Part shown: one piece after another, positions 37,811 to 49,924 of the stretch
Numbering within the stretch: position 1 is the first letter of the stretch
Layout: each line of letters begins with the position of its first letter
From: Macrostomum hystrix
Lineage: Eukaryota > Animalia > Platyhelminthes
NCBI GenBank assembly: GCA_950097015.1
Contig: CATNEN010000008.1
Coordinates: 496,001 to 560,000, forward strand
Length of the DNA: 64,000 bases
Direction: 5' to 3'
Notes under the pieces: model-generated
Told to the model about the DNA's origin: nothing
What the model saw: only the letters and a program-made list of their open reading frames with translations
Database searches by the model: none
Made by a program: the position numbers and the translations under genes

Positions 37811-38220
37811 GGGGGGTCGGTGGCAGAGCGATCAACGCGTGCCTCTCGCACCAAGGTCTCTAAGCCTGATTCCGCGGCGAGGCCACATTTTTTTGGGGCT
37901 CAGCCACCGGAGAGAAGGCTTGGGGGCTTGGTGCGAGAGGCACGCGTTGATCGCTCTGCCACCGACCCCCCCGTGCAATTTAATACCTTGAGGGCCAACC
38001 TCCAAGGCACATTGAGTGTACACTGCCTGACGATGAGAAAGTCAGGGCAGATGTACACACCTGTGTGAGCGCTGCCTGCGTTCGGTATCTGTGTGCGTGT
38101 GTGCTCAGGAGTCAGCGAAATGGGCAGAACTGCCTCCTCGCTGGCTGCGGGTCTAGTGTCACCAAATGATGTGCCATTGCCCGCATCCCTCTTGCAATTA
38201 TAATTTTTGTTAAATTATTT
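37811..38220 (+). mobile_element. SINE family 1 full-length copy with 13-bp TSD ACTGTAATGGGTT and an internal inverted duplicate of its own 5' end
   Basis: TSD at 37798-37810 and 38221-38233; 37927-37971 is the exact reverse complement of 37811-37855. Confidence 0.92.
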
Positions 38221-39134
38221 ACTGTAATGGGTTCCGAACCTCAGACGTCTTTTAGTGTTTTGAGAAATATCATCTCTCTTATTTTTTCCATCTCAACTGC
38301 TTCAAAACGACAACAAACTATTCGATCCAATCCATTCACGCATGCGCGTGTCATACTACTGATAGTTCAAGCAGCTAATTCGCACAGTCCAGGCCCTCCC
38401 CAATGGTCACCCTCCACAGTTCAGGTCCCGTTCCAATCCCCGTCGAGAGTCGACGGAGAGGGGACGGGAAGAGAAAAATGAGGCAAAAAGCATTGGGACA
38501 GAGGGGGGTACTTAAAGAGCTGCAGTGGGCCACTCACGGGAACAGATTTCAGTCTCTCACCTTTCTCCGCCCCCCGCCTCCCTCTCTTCTATTATCTTCG
38601 TATAGAAGCGGCCTTTTGTGTTTCCCAATTGTCTAGCTGCCTGCATAGCTTTTATTACAGTTGTAAAATAATTCGCAGCCAGGCTGACAAATTCTGGCGG
38701 AGAAGTACAAAGACATTGCGACCCGTATGTGACGAGACTGTAAACAGAATAACCTGCTCAAAGAGGAACTCTCATACTGAATAGCCGAGTGCTGAGAGCT
38801 CTTAGAAACTAATATTGGCTTCTCTATGCCTCAATTAAATCATGCAGCTCGACTTCGGCCTTCGAGTTAAGCTGACAGCTAAACAGACAGCGTCTGTCGC
38901 TGCCGGGGCACCGCCTGCAGCACAATGGCTCTCCACATGCTAGTCATCGACAAGTGCCGCTGACGGACTTCATTGGTGAGCTGCTGTGACGGGCAATAGA
39001 GTTGGTCATTTTGTTCTGGAGCTTTGTTTGATTGTTATTTAATTGGCCATTCAATTGGTCATTCGATTGGTCATTTGATTGGTCATTTAGCGATTGGTCA
39101 TTTAGTAGCAAGGAAGCATTGATTAGCGATGAAA

Positions 39135-40137
39135 GCACTGGCCAGGAATGGGAGCATTGGTAAGGAATGGGAGCATTGGTAAGGAATGGGAGCATTGGTA
39201 AGGAATGGGAGCATTGGTGAGGAATGGGAGCATTGGTGAGGAATGGGAGCATTGGTGAGGAATGAGAGCATTGGTGAGGAATGGGGGCATTGGTAAGGAA
39301 TGGGAGCATTGGTGAGGAATGGGAGCATTGGTGAGGAATGAGAGCATTGGTGAGGAATGGGAGCATTGGTGAGGAATGGGAGCATTGGTGAGGAATGGGA
39401 GCATTGGTGAGGAATGAGAGCATTGGTGAGGAATGGGAGCATTGGTAAGGAATGGGAGCATTGGTGAGGAATGGGAGCATTGGTGAGGAATGGGAGCATT
39501 GGTGAGGAATGAGAGCATTGGTGAGGAATGGGAGCATTGTTAAGGAATGGGAGCATTGGTGAGGAATGAGAGCATTGGTGAGGAATGGGAGCATTGGTGA
39601 GGAATGAGAGCATTGGTAAGGAATGGGAGCATTGGTAAGGAATGGGAGCATTCGTGAGTGAAGGGAGCATTGGTGGGTGAAGGGTGCAGTGGTGGGTGAA
39701 GGGAGCATTGGTGGGTGAATGGAGCAGTGGTGGGTGAAGGGAGCAGTGGTGGGTGAAGGGAGCAGTGGTGGGTGAAGGGAGCAGTGGTGGGTGAAGGGAG
39801 CAGTGGTGGGTGAAGGGAGCATTGGTGGGTGAATGGAGCAGTGGTGGGTGAAGGGAGCAGTGGTGGGTGAAGGGAGCAGTGGTGGGTGAAGGGAGCAGTG
39901 GTGGGTGAAGGGAGCATTGGTGGGTGAAGTGAGCATTGGTGGGTGAAGGGAGCAGTGGTGGGTGAAGTGAGCATTGGTGGGTGAAGTGAGCAGTGGTGGG
40001 TGAAGTGAGCAGTGGTGGGTGAAGTGAGCATTGGTGGGTGAAGGGAGCAGTGGTGGGTGAAGGGAGCATTGGTGGGTGAAGTGAGCATTGGTGGGTGAAG
40101 GGAGCAGTGGTGGGTGAAGTGAGCATTGGTGGGAGCA
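39135..40137. repeat. Composite minisatellite of two related 19-bp units, GCATTGGTGAGGAATGGGA then GCAGTGGTGGGTGAAGGGA
   Basis: Unit switch near 39655; G-rich on the + strand. Confidence 0.95.
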
Positions 40138-40844
40138 TTTTAGAGAGCTTGGAGACGGAGCAGGTGGCAGTTTCTATCGAATTTCCAATTTTTAGTTCTG
40201 CCTTCTTGCTTTCCTTCTAGAAATTCTAGGAATTAAAATCGAAAATGAGGATCAGCATGCCGCAGTCGTGAGGGGGTGGGCAGGAGAACTAGGAGCCAGG
40301 ACGACTCAAATTAACATCAGGCCTGGGAACAGCAGCAAATAATGCTAAATCTGGCACGGGTTACAAAAATATAGCCTGAGCCAGAAATTAAATGAATGCG
40401 TCTGAGATCGCTGCTTCAAAAGCCATAGGGGATACCCGGGCCATATGGGAAGAAGGGAGAGCACAGCGGAAGTGTCAAGCTGAGAGGCAAGTCCATTAAG
40501 AATGAGGACGCAGCAAGGTACTGATTGACTCATTGTTGTTCACTGCCTTCCCTCTCTATTTTCCTCTTTTTTTGCACCGGTAGATTCTCAGATTCTGGCT
40601 AGTGAGGTCCCGGCTTGCCGAGAGGGCGGGACAGCAGTGAAGAGAGCAGGTCGCCTGATTCATCTTTCACTCCAGTTGGGCTGGGGAGTGACGGTACAAA
40701 TCATTCTCACACTTCATCTCTCACTGATCTCATGCGAGGTAAACCTGTGCTCAATGCCTCAAATATAAGCACCAACCATCACATTTTCTGCTCGTAGTTA
40801 TGCCAAATAGATAAGCCTTAAATCTCACTCTCACCCAGACCTTC

Positions 40845-41490
40845 CCACTCTAACTCACTCTCACCCACTGTTCCCCGATCGCTTCCACTCTCCTCCACTC
40901 TGCCCCACTATCCTCAACTCTCCTCCACCCTGCCTCACTCTCCTCAACTCTCCCCACTCTCAATCACTCACTCTCCCCAGCTCTCACCCAATTTCGTCCC
41001 ACTCTGCCCCACTCTCCCCACTCACCCATTCTCCCCCCACTCTGCCCCACTCTCCCCACTCACCCACTCTCCCCCCACTCTGCCCCACTCTCAATCACTC
41101 ACTCTCCCCACTCTCAATCACTCACTCTCCCCAGCTCTCACCCAATTTCGTCCCACTCTGCCCCACTCTCCCCACTCACCCATTCTCCCCCCACTCTGCC
41201 CCACTCTCCCAAGCTCTTACCCACTCTCCCCAGCTCTCACCCACTCTCCCCAGCTCTCACCCAATCTCCCCCCACTCTGCCCCACTCTCCCCACTCTCAC
41301 CCACTCTCCCCCACTCTGCCCCACTCTCCCCAGCTCTCACCCACTCTCCCCCCACTCTGCCTCACTCTCCCCCCACTCTGCCCCACTCTCCCCCCACTCT
41401 GCCCCACTCTCCCCAGCTCTCACCCACTCTACCCACTCTCAATCACTCTCCCCCTACTCTCTCATTTCCCCCACACTCACACACTCCCAT
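40845..41490. repeat. C-rich degenerate minisatellite (CCACTCTCCC/CCACTCTGCC modules)
   Basis: Read directly; almost no G on the + strand. Confidence 0.9.
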
Positions 41491-41732
41491 TCCTCACAAG
41501 CTTCACGCCAGTAAAGATTCTATTTTGAGACAATCAAATGCTTGGATCTCCTGAGCAGTGTGCTCAAAAAATGAACTACGAGCATTACATATCGGCTTGT
41601 TACTGACCTCTCCTCATTGTCCCATTCAGTCCCATTGTCCCATTCAGTCCCATTGTTTCTCCTACTCGCAGCTTGTCTAGCGAAAGCATATTGAAAAAAT
41701 CTAAAAATATAGCAAAAATGGGAATGGGACAT

Positions 41733-41740
41733 CAGCAGCA

Positions 41741-41820
<80 letters not shown>
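41733..41820. repeat. (CAG)3 G (CAG)26 microsatellite
   Basis: Read directly; no supported exon around it. Confidence 0.95.
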
Positions 41821-41821
<1 letters not shown>

Positions 41822-42715
41822 CCAAGCACATCGCTCTGTATGGGTTACATGCTCCATGCTGCGTCGCAGGCTGCTTATACAGCCAGAAATGCTTTTTGCT
41901 TGTTTTGTTTTTTTCCCCTGTTCAGCCAGAAGTGCATTCAACATCTCCTAACGGCTTAGACTGGGATCGAATATATTTTTCCCCTAGTTGAGGGGGGGAA
42001 AGGGGAGATAAATTATAGTAGGAGTCGAAATCGAATCCTTCTCGGAGTAGCACAAAGCTGATATAAAATATAATAGTTTCTGCGCATGGGTCGCGGGATA
42101 TATTTGAAGCAAATTGTAACTGGCTTGCCCTATATGGGGAAGCGAAATTGCAGGGCGTGCTGGGGGCGGGACTCGAGTTGCGAGACGCACTAATCAAAGT
42201 AGGACTCCAGTGAGTATCAGCGAGCCCAGCCCTGTGTCCGGAGTCGCAGTCCAGAGCTTCGTTCGGTCTCTCTCTATAGATGCTGCGCGACTTAATGAGA
42301 TTCGAAGAGCCGCCCCCGCTAAGGACGCCCCCCCTGACGCGTTATTTTCTATTTCGAGTTCAAGTATGTTGAGAGGGCCAGCCGCTCATCTCCCCGCAGG
42401 GCCTGGTCAAGGAGGATTTAAGTCGGGTCTAGCTCTCGTGTTGAATGAAGTTGATCGTGATGGATTAGGGTTCTAAGCGGCTTTGTGATTGCGCTGAGTG
42501 CCAACACTTTTTTGCCCGTCACTTGAGGCCATTTACATGCATCTCTTTCCAGCTAATTATTATCCCCTTTCCGGAACTGTGTCCTTTTGGGATGTAGGTT
42601 TCATGGGATTCAATTGCCTGATCCCCAGCAAATCACTAATTCTAACTATAAAAATACAAATATGTACTGTACAAATCACCACTGTACCGTGAGGAGACAT
42701 TTAAACTCTATCAAT

Positions 42716-45386
42716 TCTCAGTCACTCTTTTCCGCTCTCTGTCAATCTACATCACTCCCACACACTCTCCCCACTCTCCCCACTCTCCCGACTCTCCCCA
42801 CTCACCCCACTCTCCCCACTCTCCCCACTCTCCCTGAATCTCCCCCCTCTCTCAGTCACTCTCCCCCAATCTCAGTCACTCCCCCCCACTCTCACATACT
42901 CTCCCCACTCTCCCCACTCTCCCTGAATCTCCCCCCCACTCTCAGTCACTCTCCCCCAATCTCAGTCACTCTCCCCCAATCTCAGTCACTCTCTCCCAAT
43001 CTCAGTCACTCTCTCCCAATCTCAGTCACTCTCTCCCAATCTCAGTCACTCTCCCCCAATCTCAGTCACTCTACCCCACTATCAGTCACTCTCCCCCAAT
43101 CTCAGTCACTCTCCCCCAATCTCAGTCACTCTACCCCACTATCAGTCACTCTCCCCCAATCTCAGTCACTCTCCCCCAATCTCAGTCACTCTACCCCACT
43201 ATCAGTCACTCTTCCCCAATCTCAGTCACTCCCCCCAATCTCAGTCACTCCCCCCACTCTCACACACTCTCCCCCACTCTCACACACTCTACCCCAGTCT
43301 CAGTCACTCCCCCCCACTCTCACACACTCTCCCCGACTCTCACACACTCTACCCCACTCTCGCTCACTCTCCCCCAATCTCAGTCACTCTCCCCCAATCT
43401 CAGTCACTCTCCCCCACTCTCGCTCACTCTTCCCCAATCTCAGTCACTCCCCCCACTCTCACACACTCTACCCCAGTCTCAGTCACTCCCGCCCACTCTC
43501 ACACACTCTCCCCGACTCTCACACACTCTACCCCACTCTCGCTCACTCTCCCCCAATCTCAGTCACTCTCCCCCATTCTCAGTCACTCTCCCCCAATCTC
43601 AGTCACTCTCCCCCAATCTCAGTCACTCTCCCCCAATCTCAGTCACTCTCCCCCAATCTCAGTCACTCTCCCCCAATCTCAGTCACTCTCCCCCAATGTC
43701 AGTCACTCTCCCCCACTCTCACACACTCTTCCCGACTCTCACACACTCTACCCCACTCTCGCTCACTCTTCCCCAATCTCAGTCACTTTCCCCCAATCTC
43801 AGTCACTCTCCCCCAATCTCAGTCACTCCCCCCACTCTCACACACTCTACCCCAGTCTCAGTCACCCCCCCACTCTCACACACTCTCCCCGACTCTCACA
43901 CACTCTACCCCACTCTCAGTCACTCCCACCCACTCTCACACACTCTTCCCGACTCTCACACACTCTACCCCACTCTCAGTCACTCTCCCCCACTCTCGCT
44001 CACTCTTCCCGACTCTCACACACTCTACCCCACTCTCAGTCACTCCCCCCACTCTCACACACTCTCCCCGACTCTCACACACTCTACCCCACTCTCAGTC
44101 ACTCCCCCCACTCTCACACACTCTACCCGACTCTCACACACTCTACCCCACTCTCAGTCACTCCCCCCACTCTCACACACTCTCCCCGACTCTCACACAC
44201 TCTACCCCACTCTCAGTCACTCCCCCCACTCTCACACACTCTACCCCACTCTCAGTCACTCTCCCCCACTCTCGCTCACTCTTCCCCAATCTCAGTCACT
44301 CTCCCCCAATCTCAGTCACTCTCCCCCAATCTCAGTCACCCCCCCACTCTCACACACTCTCCCCGACTCTCACACACTCTACCCCACTCTCGCTCACTCT
44401 TCCCCAATCTCAGTCACTCTCCCCCAAACTCAGTCACTCTCCCCCAATCTCAGTCACTCTCCCCCAATCTCAGTCACTCTCCCCCAATCTCAATCACTCT
44501 CCCCCACTCTCACACACTCTTCCCGACTCTCACTCACTCTACCCCAATCTCAGTCACTCCCCCCACTCTCACACACTCTACCCGACTCTCACACACTCTA
44601 CCCCACTCTCAGTCACTCCCCCACACTCTCACACACTCTACCCCACTCTCAGTCACTCCCCCCCACTCTCACACACTCTTCCCGACTCTCACACACTCTA
44701 CCCCACTCTCAGTCACTCTCCCCCACTCTCGCTCACTCTTCCCCAATCTCAGTCACTCCCCCCAATCTCAGTCACTCTCCCCCACTCTCACACACTCTTC
44801 CCGACTCTCACACACTCTCCCCCACTCTCAGTCACTCCCCCCACTCTCACACACTCTCCCCGACTCTCACACACTCTACCCCACTCTCAGTCACTCCCCC
44901 CACTCTCACACACTCTCCCCGACTCTCACACACTCTACCCCACTCTCAGTCCACTCCACCCCCCGACTCTCACACACTCTACCCCACTCTCAGTCACTCT
45001 CCCCCACTCTCACACACTCTTCCCGACTCTCACACACTCTACCCCACTCTCAGTCACTCTCCCCCACTCTCGCTCACTCTTCCCCAATCTCAGTCACTCT
45101 CCCCCAATCTCAGTCACTCTCCCCCAATCTCAGTCACTCCCCCCACTCTCACACACTCTCCCCGACTCTCACACACTCTACCCCACTCTCAGTCACTCCC
45201 CCACACTCTCACACACTCTACCCCACTCTCAGTCACTCCCCCCACTCTCACACACTCTCCCCGACTCTCACACACTCTACCCCACTCTCGCTCACTCTTC
45301 CCCAATGTCAGTCACTCTCCCCCAATCTCAGTCACTCTCCCCTAATCTCAGTCACTCTCCCCCACTCTCACTCACTCTTCCCCAAT
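42716..45386. repeat. 2.7-kb C-rich minisatellite, ~20-bp modules CTCAGTCACTCTCCCCCAAT / CTCACACACTCTACCCCACT
   Basis: Period 20 is clear at 42961-43200; variant modules interleave downstream; source of the spurious 944-aa and 549-aa ORFs. Confidence 0.95.
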
Positions 45387-46263
45387 CAGGTGTCAGGACG
45401 GTTCAGGTGTTTAGTCCATAGACTGAAATGCTCCGAATAATCTGCATGACTAGCAGCCTGGATCCAGTTAAATAGCTCGCAGACAATTTAATTTTAATAT
45501 TATCGTAGAATTCTCAGAGGGGTCTTCAGCGAATCCCGCACAAAGTCTCACGGGGGCCAGGCTGTGAGTCTAATCTAATGACGATGCGGCTAATCCTATC
45601 CAATACAGAAGTGGGAGGAGGAAGTTGGTCTGATCTGGCGGTTGGCCTGGGAGAAATCACCCATTATATACCATATATGGGATACTTGACATACTTGCGG
45701 TTGCAAAATCTGATCAGTCCGATCATTGGATATTGTTGGGGGGTGGGGGTTGCGTCGTCGTGAGATCCCAGTGTCCAGCAGTGAGAAATGTTGATGATGA
45801 GGAAAGCGATTTCGGCCCTGTCTCACACACACGCTCACACACACTAAATAGCGCTTCGTTTTACAGTCATGCGGTGGTCACGAACGCGCGTGCTTGTATC
45901 GAGAGTTCTCAGTCTTGCTGGTTGAGCTATTCATTTTCAGTCTTCTTTTCTCCGCTTCTGTAATTATTTTCGAAAATGCTGCTGCTATTTCTAATTACTC
46001 TCCTTCGCTCACTATTCATGATTTTGTGGCGTCTACCAAAATGGATAAAGGGCTAGATGATAGGTTTTAAAAATTTAATTAATGGCTTATCGAAATTAAA
46101 GTAAAGTAGATATAAGGACTGGATGATAGTAAAAAGTAGACGGTGAAAGGTAGATAGACATTGGGTAGATAGATGAAATCAGACAGTGCATGTTAGAAAA
46201 AATAAGATAGTTGACGAAGGTAGGTAGAAGGTAGCAGCTATACAGTTAGTAGAAAATAGTACA

Positions 46264-46462
46264 TAGAGAGAGGTAGATAGAGGGAGGTAGATGGAGAGTG
46301 GTAGATAGAGAGAGGTAGATAGAGAGAGGTAGATGGAGAGTGGTAGATTGAGAGAGGTAGATAGAGAGAGGTAGATGGAGAGTGGTAGATAGAGATTGGA
46401 AGATAGAGAGAGGTAGATAGAGAGAGGTAGATGGAGAGTGGTAGATTGAGAGTGGTAGATGG
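46264..46462. repeat. Purine-rich minisatellite, 14-bp units GTAGATAGAGAGAG / GTAGATGGAGAGTG
   Basis: Read directly. Confidence 0.85.
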
Positions 46463-49265
46463 CGAGTGGTATCTCGTAGAATTGAATACTTGTAGAGAGG
46501 TTATTAGACGCAATGCACTGAATAGTTACTGAGTCGTGCATTAGATACAAGAGAGACTGTGGTAACATTCAGAGCAGTGGCTAAGGAGCGGCTGAGTTAA
46601 GGAGTTAAAGAGGCTGAGAGAGTCTAGTAGAGTGTTGCGTGCGGCTAGCTCGACTAGGGCGTGGTCGGTCATTGCGGACGGCGCATCAGCGGGAATTGGC
46701 GGATAATTTGCTCAAATTCCAAAAAGAGAGAGAGAGAGGGAGAGGAAAGTCGCGGAGCAGCTGCGGGCTCTTCTCCCGGCGCTCCCACCCCAGCCTAGGA
46801 GCAGCTCCTTGCCCACTCGCTGCAGAGTAAGCGCCTAAAATTAGAATTTCAGGCCACCAAAGTGGCGAGCTGCGGAAAAAATTATCCCGCAGAATTAGTG
46901 ACTCGCTGTCTCCGCAGCACCCGGAGTCTCTATGCTACATATAGTACAGACACATGGTTGCATTTCAATGTGAGCAGTATGAATTTGCTGGTACCCTGCT
47001 CTGATACCAATGCATATAGTCTCCGTTTTTAAGCTGCTTGAATGCAAATTTGGCCCCGCCTCTCCAACCTATCCGTCTTTCGGAGGTGGGTGGGTGAGCG
47101 GCCGTCGATTCACTGTCGATTCGGCTTCTGCTGATTGATTGCCGCACAGTGTAATAATGATCAGCACGTAATGCACTTGGATTTCGCCTAGCCCAGTAGA
47201 GCCAGATGTGCAGCCGGAAAATTTCTGAATAAAATGGACTTAGAATAATAAGTTAAAATTAGAAAATTGAAATCTAGCGCCTTGTAAAGAGCAAAGCATT
47301 CTACAATCTGTTTGTGCTTCAATTGCCAATTTTACCGTCCAAAAACGTGAGCCGCCACCCGCTGACAGTGACTGCCAGTCAAGTGTGCTAAAAGGACACC
47401 CAGTTACCTGTAGTTTCTCACCTGTCAGTACAACACAGCGAACACCTTCCGTTTTGTCTACGGGGAGCAAAACTGCCGCCGACTCGCACACAACTTACCG
47501 CACCAAGCCTTTCCAAAGTAGCATTTACCCTCGCCTCATAGCCACTCAAGCCGCCACACCCTGTGCGTCTGGCGCGACTGCAAGTCCATGCCGGTCTCAT
47601 CCGGCTTGCAGCTTTCATCCTACAACTTTTTTGCTTCGTCATATTGCTTAACTGCACACAGTTCAGACCTGCAGTGCAGTACTGTGCTCAAAGTTTTCTT
47701 CCCAGCTAAAAACCATGTCCCCTAGGCCAATCTGTCACCTACAACTCAACCCCTGGGATCTAGGCGTCGATTGGCGCACAATGGGGGCACATTTTTAATC
47801 CCCTTCTGCCAAGCAGCGATCAGGCAGTCAGTCTGGATGGAACTGGCACATAGAAAAAAAATGTATTTCAAGCTTTAAATGTGCCGCACCAATTCAAACT
47901 GCTATAGAATAAACCTTCAGACGTTCAAAAATGCTCGTAAGAAAGAAAGAAGTTAGAAATTACGTAATTGTGTCTCCTAACTTATGACTGTCGAAGTAGG
48001 TTGAAATTCTGCGGAAATTTTCACCTAAAATTCCTTTCTCTGCATTTCTGGAAAAGTGACAAGTGACCTCACTTGATGATGGTGACGATTATCGAAGAAC
48101 ACTTTATTTTAATTTTCTTGTGATCATCTCGCGAGTTGTGCAATATTCTGAGCACGCTGCTGAGTTGAGCACAAATCACACAGGTCATTTACCAGACGGT
48201 CGGCCCGTACTGTAATTCCGCTAGCTAAAAGTGCAAAACCGACTGTCGCCTCTCGTCAACTGCAAGGGAGTGCCTATGATGGCGGTGGAGAAAGTTCCAC
48301 ATAGCCCATATATAATTATAGGCTTTGAGCGGGTGAAATCGCGGTAACATTCTATTGAGCAACGAGTATATACTAGAGGTGGCTGCCCAGACTTGACTAA
48401 ATCTTGACTGAAAAAATTACTTCCGAATCCTTCCTTGCCTCGTCATATCGTTGCGTTGCGTATCATTCGTTAATAATTAATTAGACACACAAATATAGGT
48501 ACCGGCAGCCTTGGAGAAGAAATGCGAGGAATATTATTTGGTCCATTTATTTGTTCTGAACACCGTTGAATATCAACTTCTATATGCGGCTTCTCATTAG
48601 GGGCTTTGTAGCTCAGAAAGGAAGTGTTGGTGTTATCAATATCGCCATATCCGGCCAACTGCTCTTCCTCCGTCACCGACTTATCTCTTCTCGACGTTCT
48701 CTTTAAGTTTTTTCTCGCAATTTTGAGTTCGTCTCCCCTGCACCGAGCAATCCCAGAGAGAGCTATAGAATTTAAAAATGCTATATTATTGTGTTGCTAT
48801 GGGCAACGACAATTCAGTGTCTGAATGGTACACCTGGTGCTACCCGATAGCTATTGGCAAAAGTGAGAATGAGAGAGAAAGCCCTTGGTTAATATTAGAC
48901 AAACACTGCAGCGGACTATGCTGTGCATGCGTCAACTACGTAGTGTGTAGGAGTTGTTTCCCTGCACTGTATGCTTCTCGTGTGGGGCATTTTGAGCTAT
49001 TGGAGTCAAGAACAGCTGACAATTGAGTTGAATCGCCATTGCGGTTAATGTAATTAGTCAGCTTTCAAACCAGGAGCTTTACCCACTCGTCTTTATTTGA
49101 TTTGCTGCGAGAAAGAAATAGAGTTTCGGATGTGGAATCTGGGTTAGTTTTGTCACAATTCCTGATTATCTACATCTTTCTACACTTTTTGGTGTTTTAC
49201 GTTCGTAGCTCGTAATTAAAAAAGTAAAATGGGTTTTCTTTTCGAGGTCATATACTCGTAAAATA

Positions 49266-49924
49266 GGTACTGTGGCTCTTCGAAGGTCGTTTCCAAGAGG
49301 TACTGTGGCTCTTCGAAGGTCGTTTCCAAGAGGTACTGTGGCTCTTCGAAGGTCGTTTCCAAGAGGTACTGTGGCTATTCGAAGGTCGTTTCCAAGAGGT
49401 ACTGTGGCTATTCGAAGGTCGTTTCCAAGAGGTACTGTGGCTCTTCGAAGGTCATTTCCAAGAGGTACTGTGGCTCTTCGAAGGTCGTTTCCAAGAGGTA
49501 CTGTGGCTATTCGAAGGTCGTTTCCAAGAGGTACTGTGGCTATTCGAAGGTCGTTTCCAAGAGGTACTGTGGCTCTTCGAAGGTCGTTTCCAAGAGGTAC
49601 TGTGGCTCTTCGAAGGTCATTTCCAAGAGGTACTGTGGCTCTTCGAAGGTCATTTCCAAGAGGTACTGTGGCTATTCGAAGGTCGTTTCCAAGAGGTACT
49701 GTGGCTATTCGAAGGTCGTTTCCAAGACGTACTGTGGCTCTTCGAAGGTCGTTTCCAAGAGGTACTGTGGCTCTTCGAAGGTCGTTTCCAAGAGGTACTG
49801 TGGCTATTCGAAGGTCGTTTCCAAGAGGTACTGTGGCTCTTCGAAGGTCGTTTCCAAGAGGTACTGTGGCTCTTCGAAGGTCGTTTCCAAGAGGTACTGT
49901 GGCTCTTCGAAGGTCGTTTCCAAG
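49266..49924. repeat. Minisatellite, 33-bp unit GGTACTGTGGCT(C/A)TTCGAAGGTCGTTTCCAAGA, about 20 copies
   Basis: Tandem unit read directly. Confidence 0.95.

Noticed and set aside
38021-38050. Hammerhead ribozyme core CTGACGA...GAAA...GTC in the SINE body
   Set aside because: Only 3 nt lie between CUGACGA and GAAA (no stem II), there is no room for stem III, and the first stem I pair is mismatched; a simple CTGAC/GTCAG hairpin explains it.
38944-40138. 330-346-aa His/Pro-rich ORFs
   Set aside because: The 19-bp period cycles through frames; not coding.
41673-41951. PolyQ/polyA protein from the (CAG)n tract
   Set aside because: No supported exon boundaries or recognisable flanking protein sequence.
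42587-45421. 944-aa and 549-aa Ser/Pro/His/Leu/Thr ORFs
   Set aside because: They arise from a C-rich ~20-bp repeat that lacks stop codons; overlapping frames are open and the period is not a multiple of 3.
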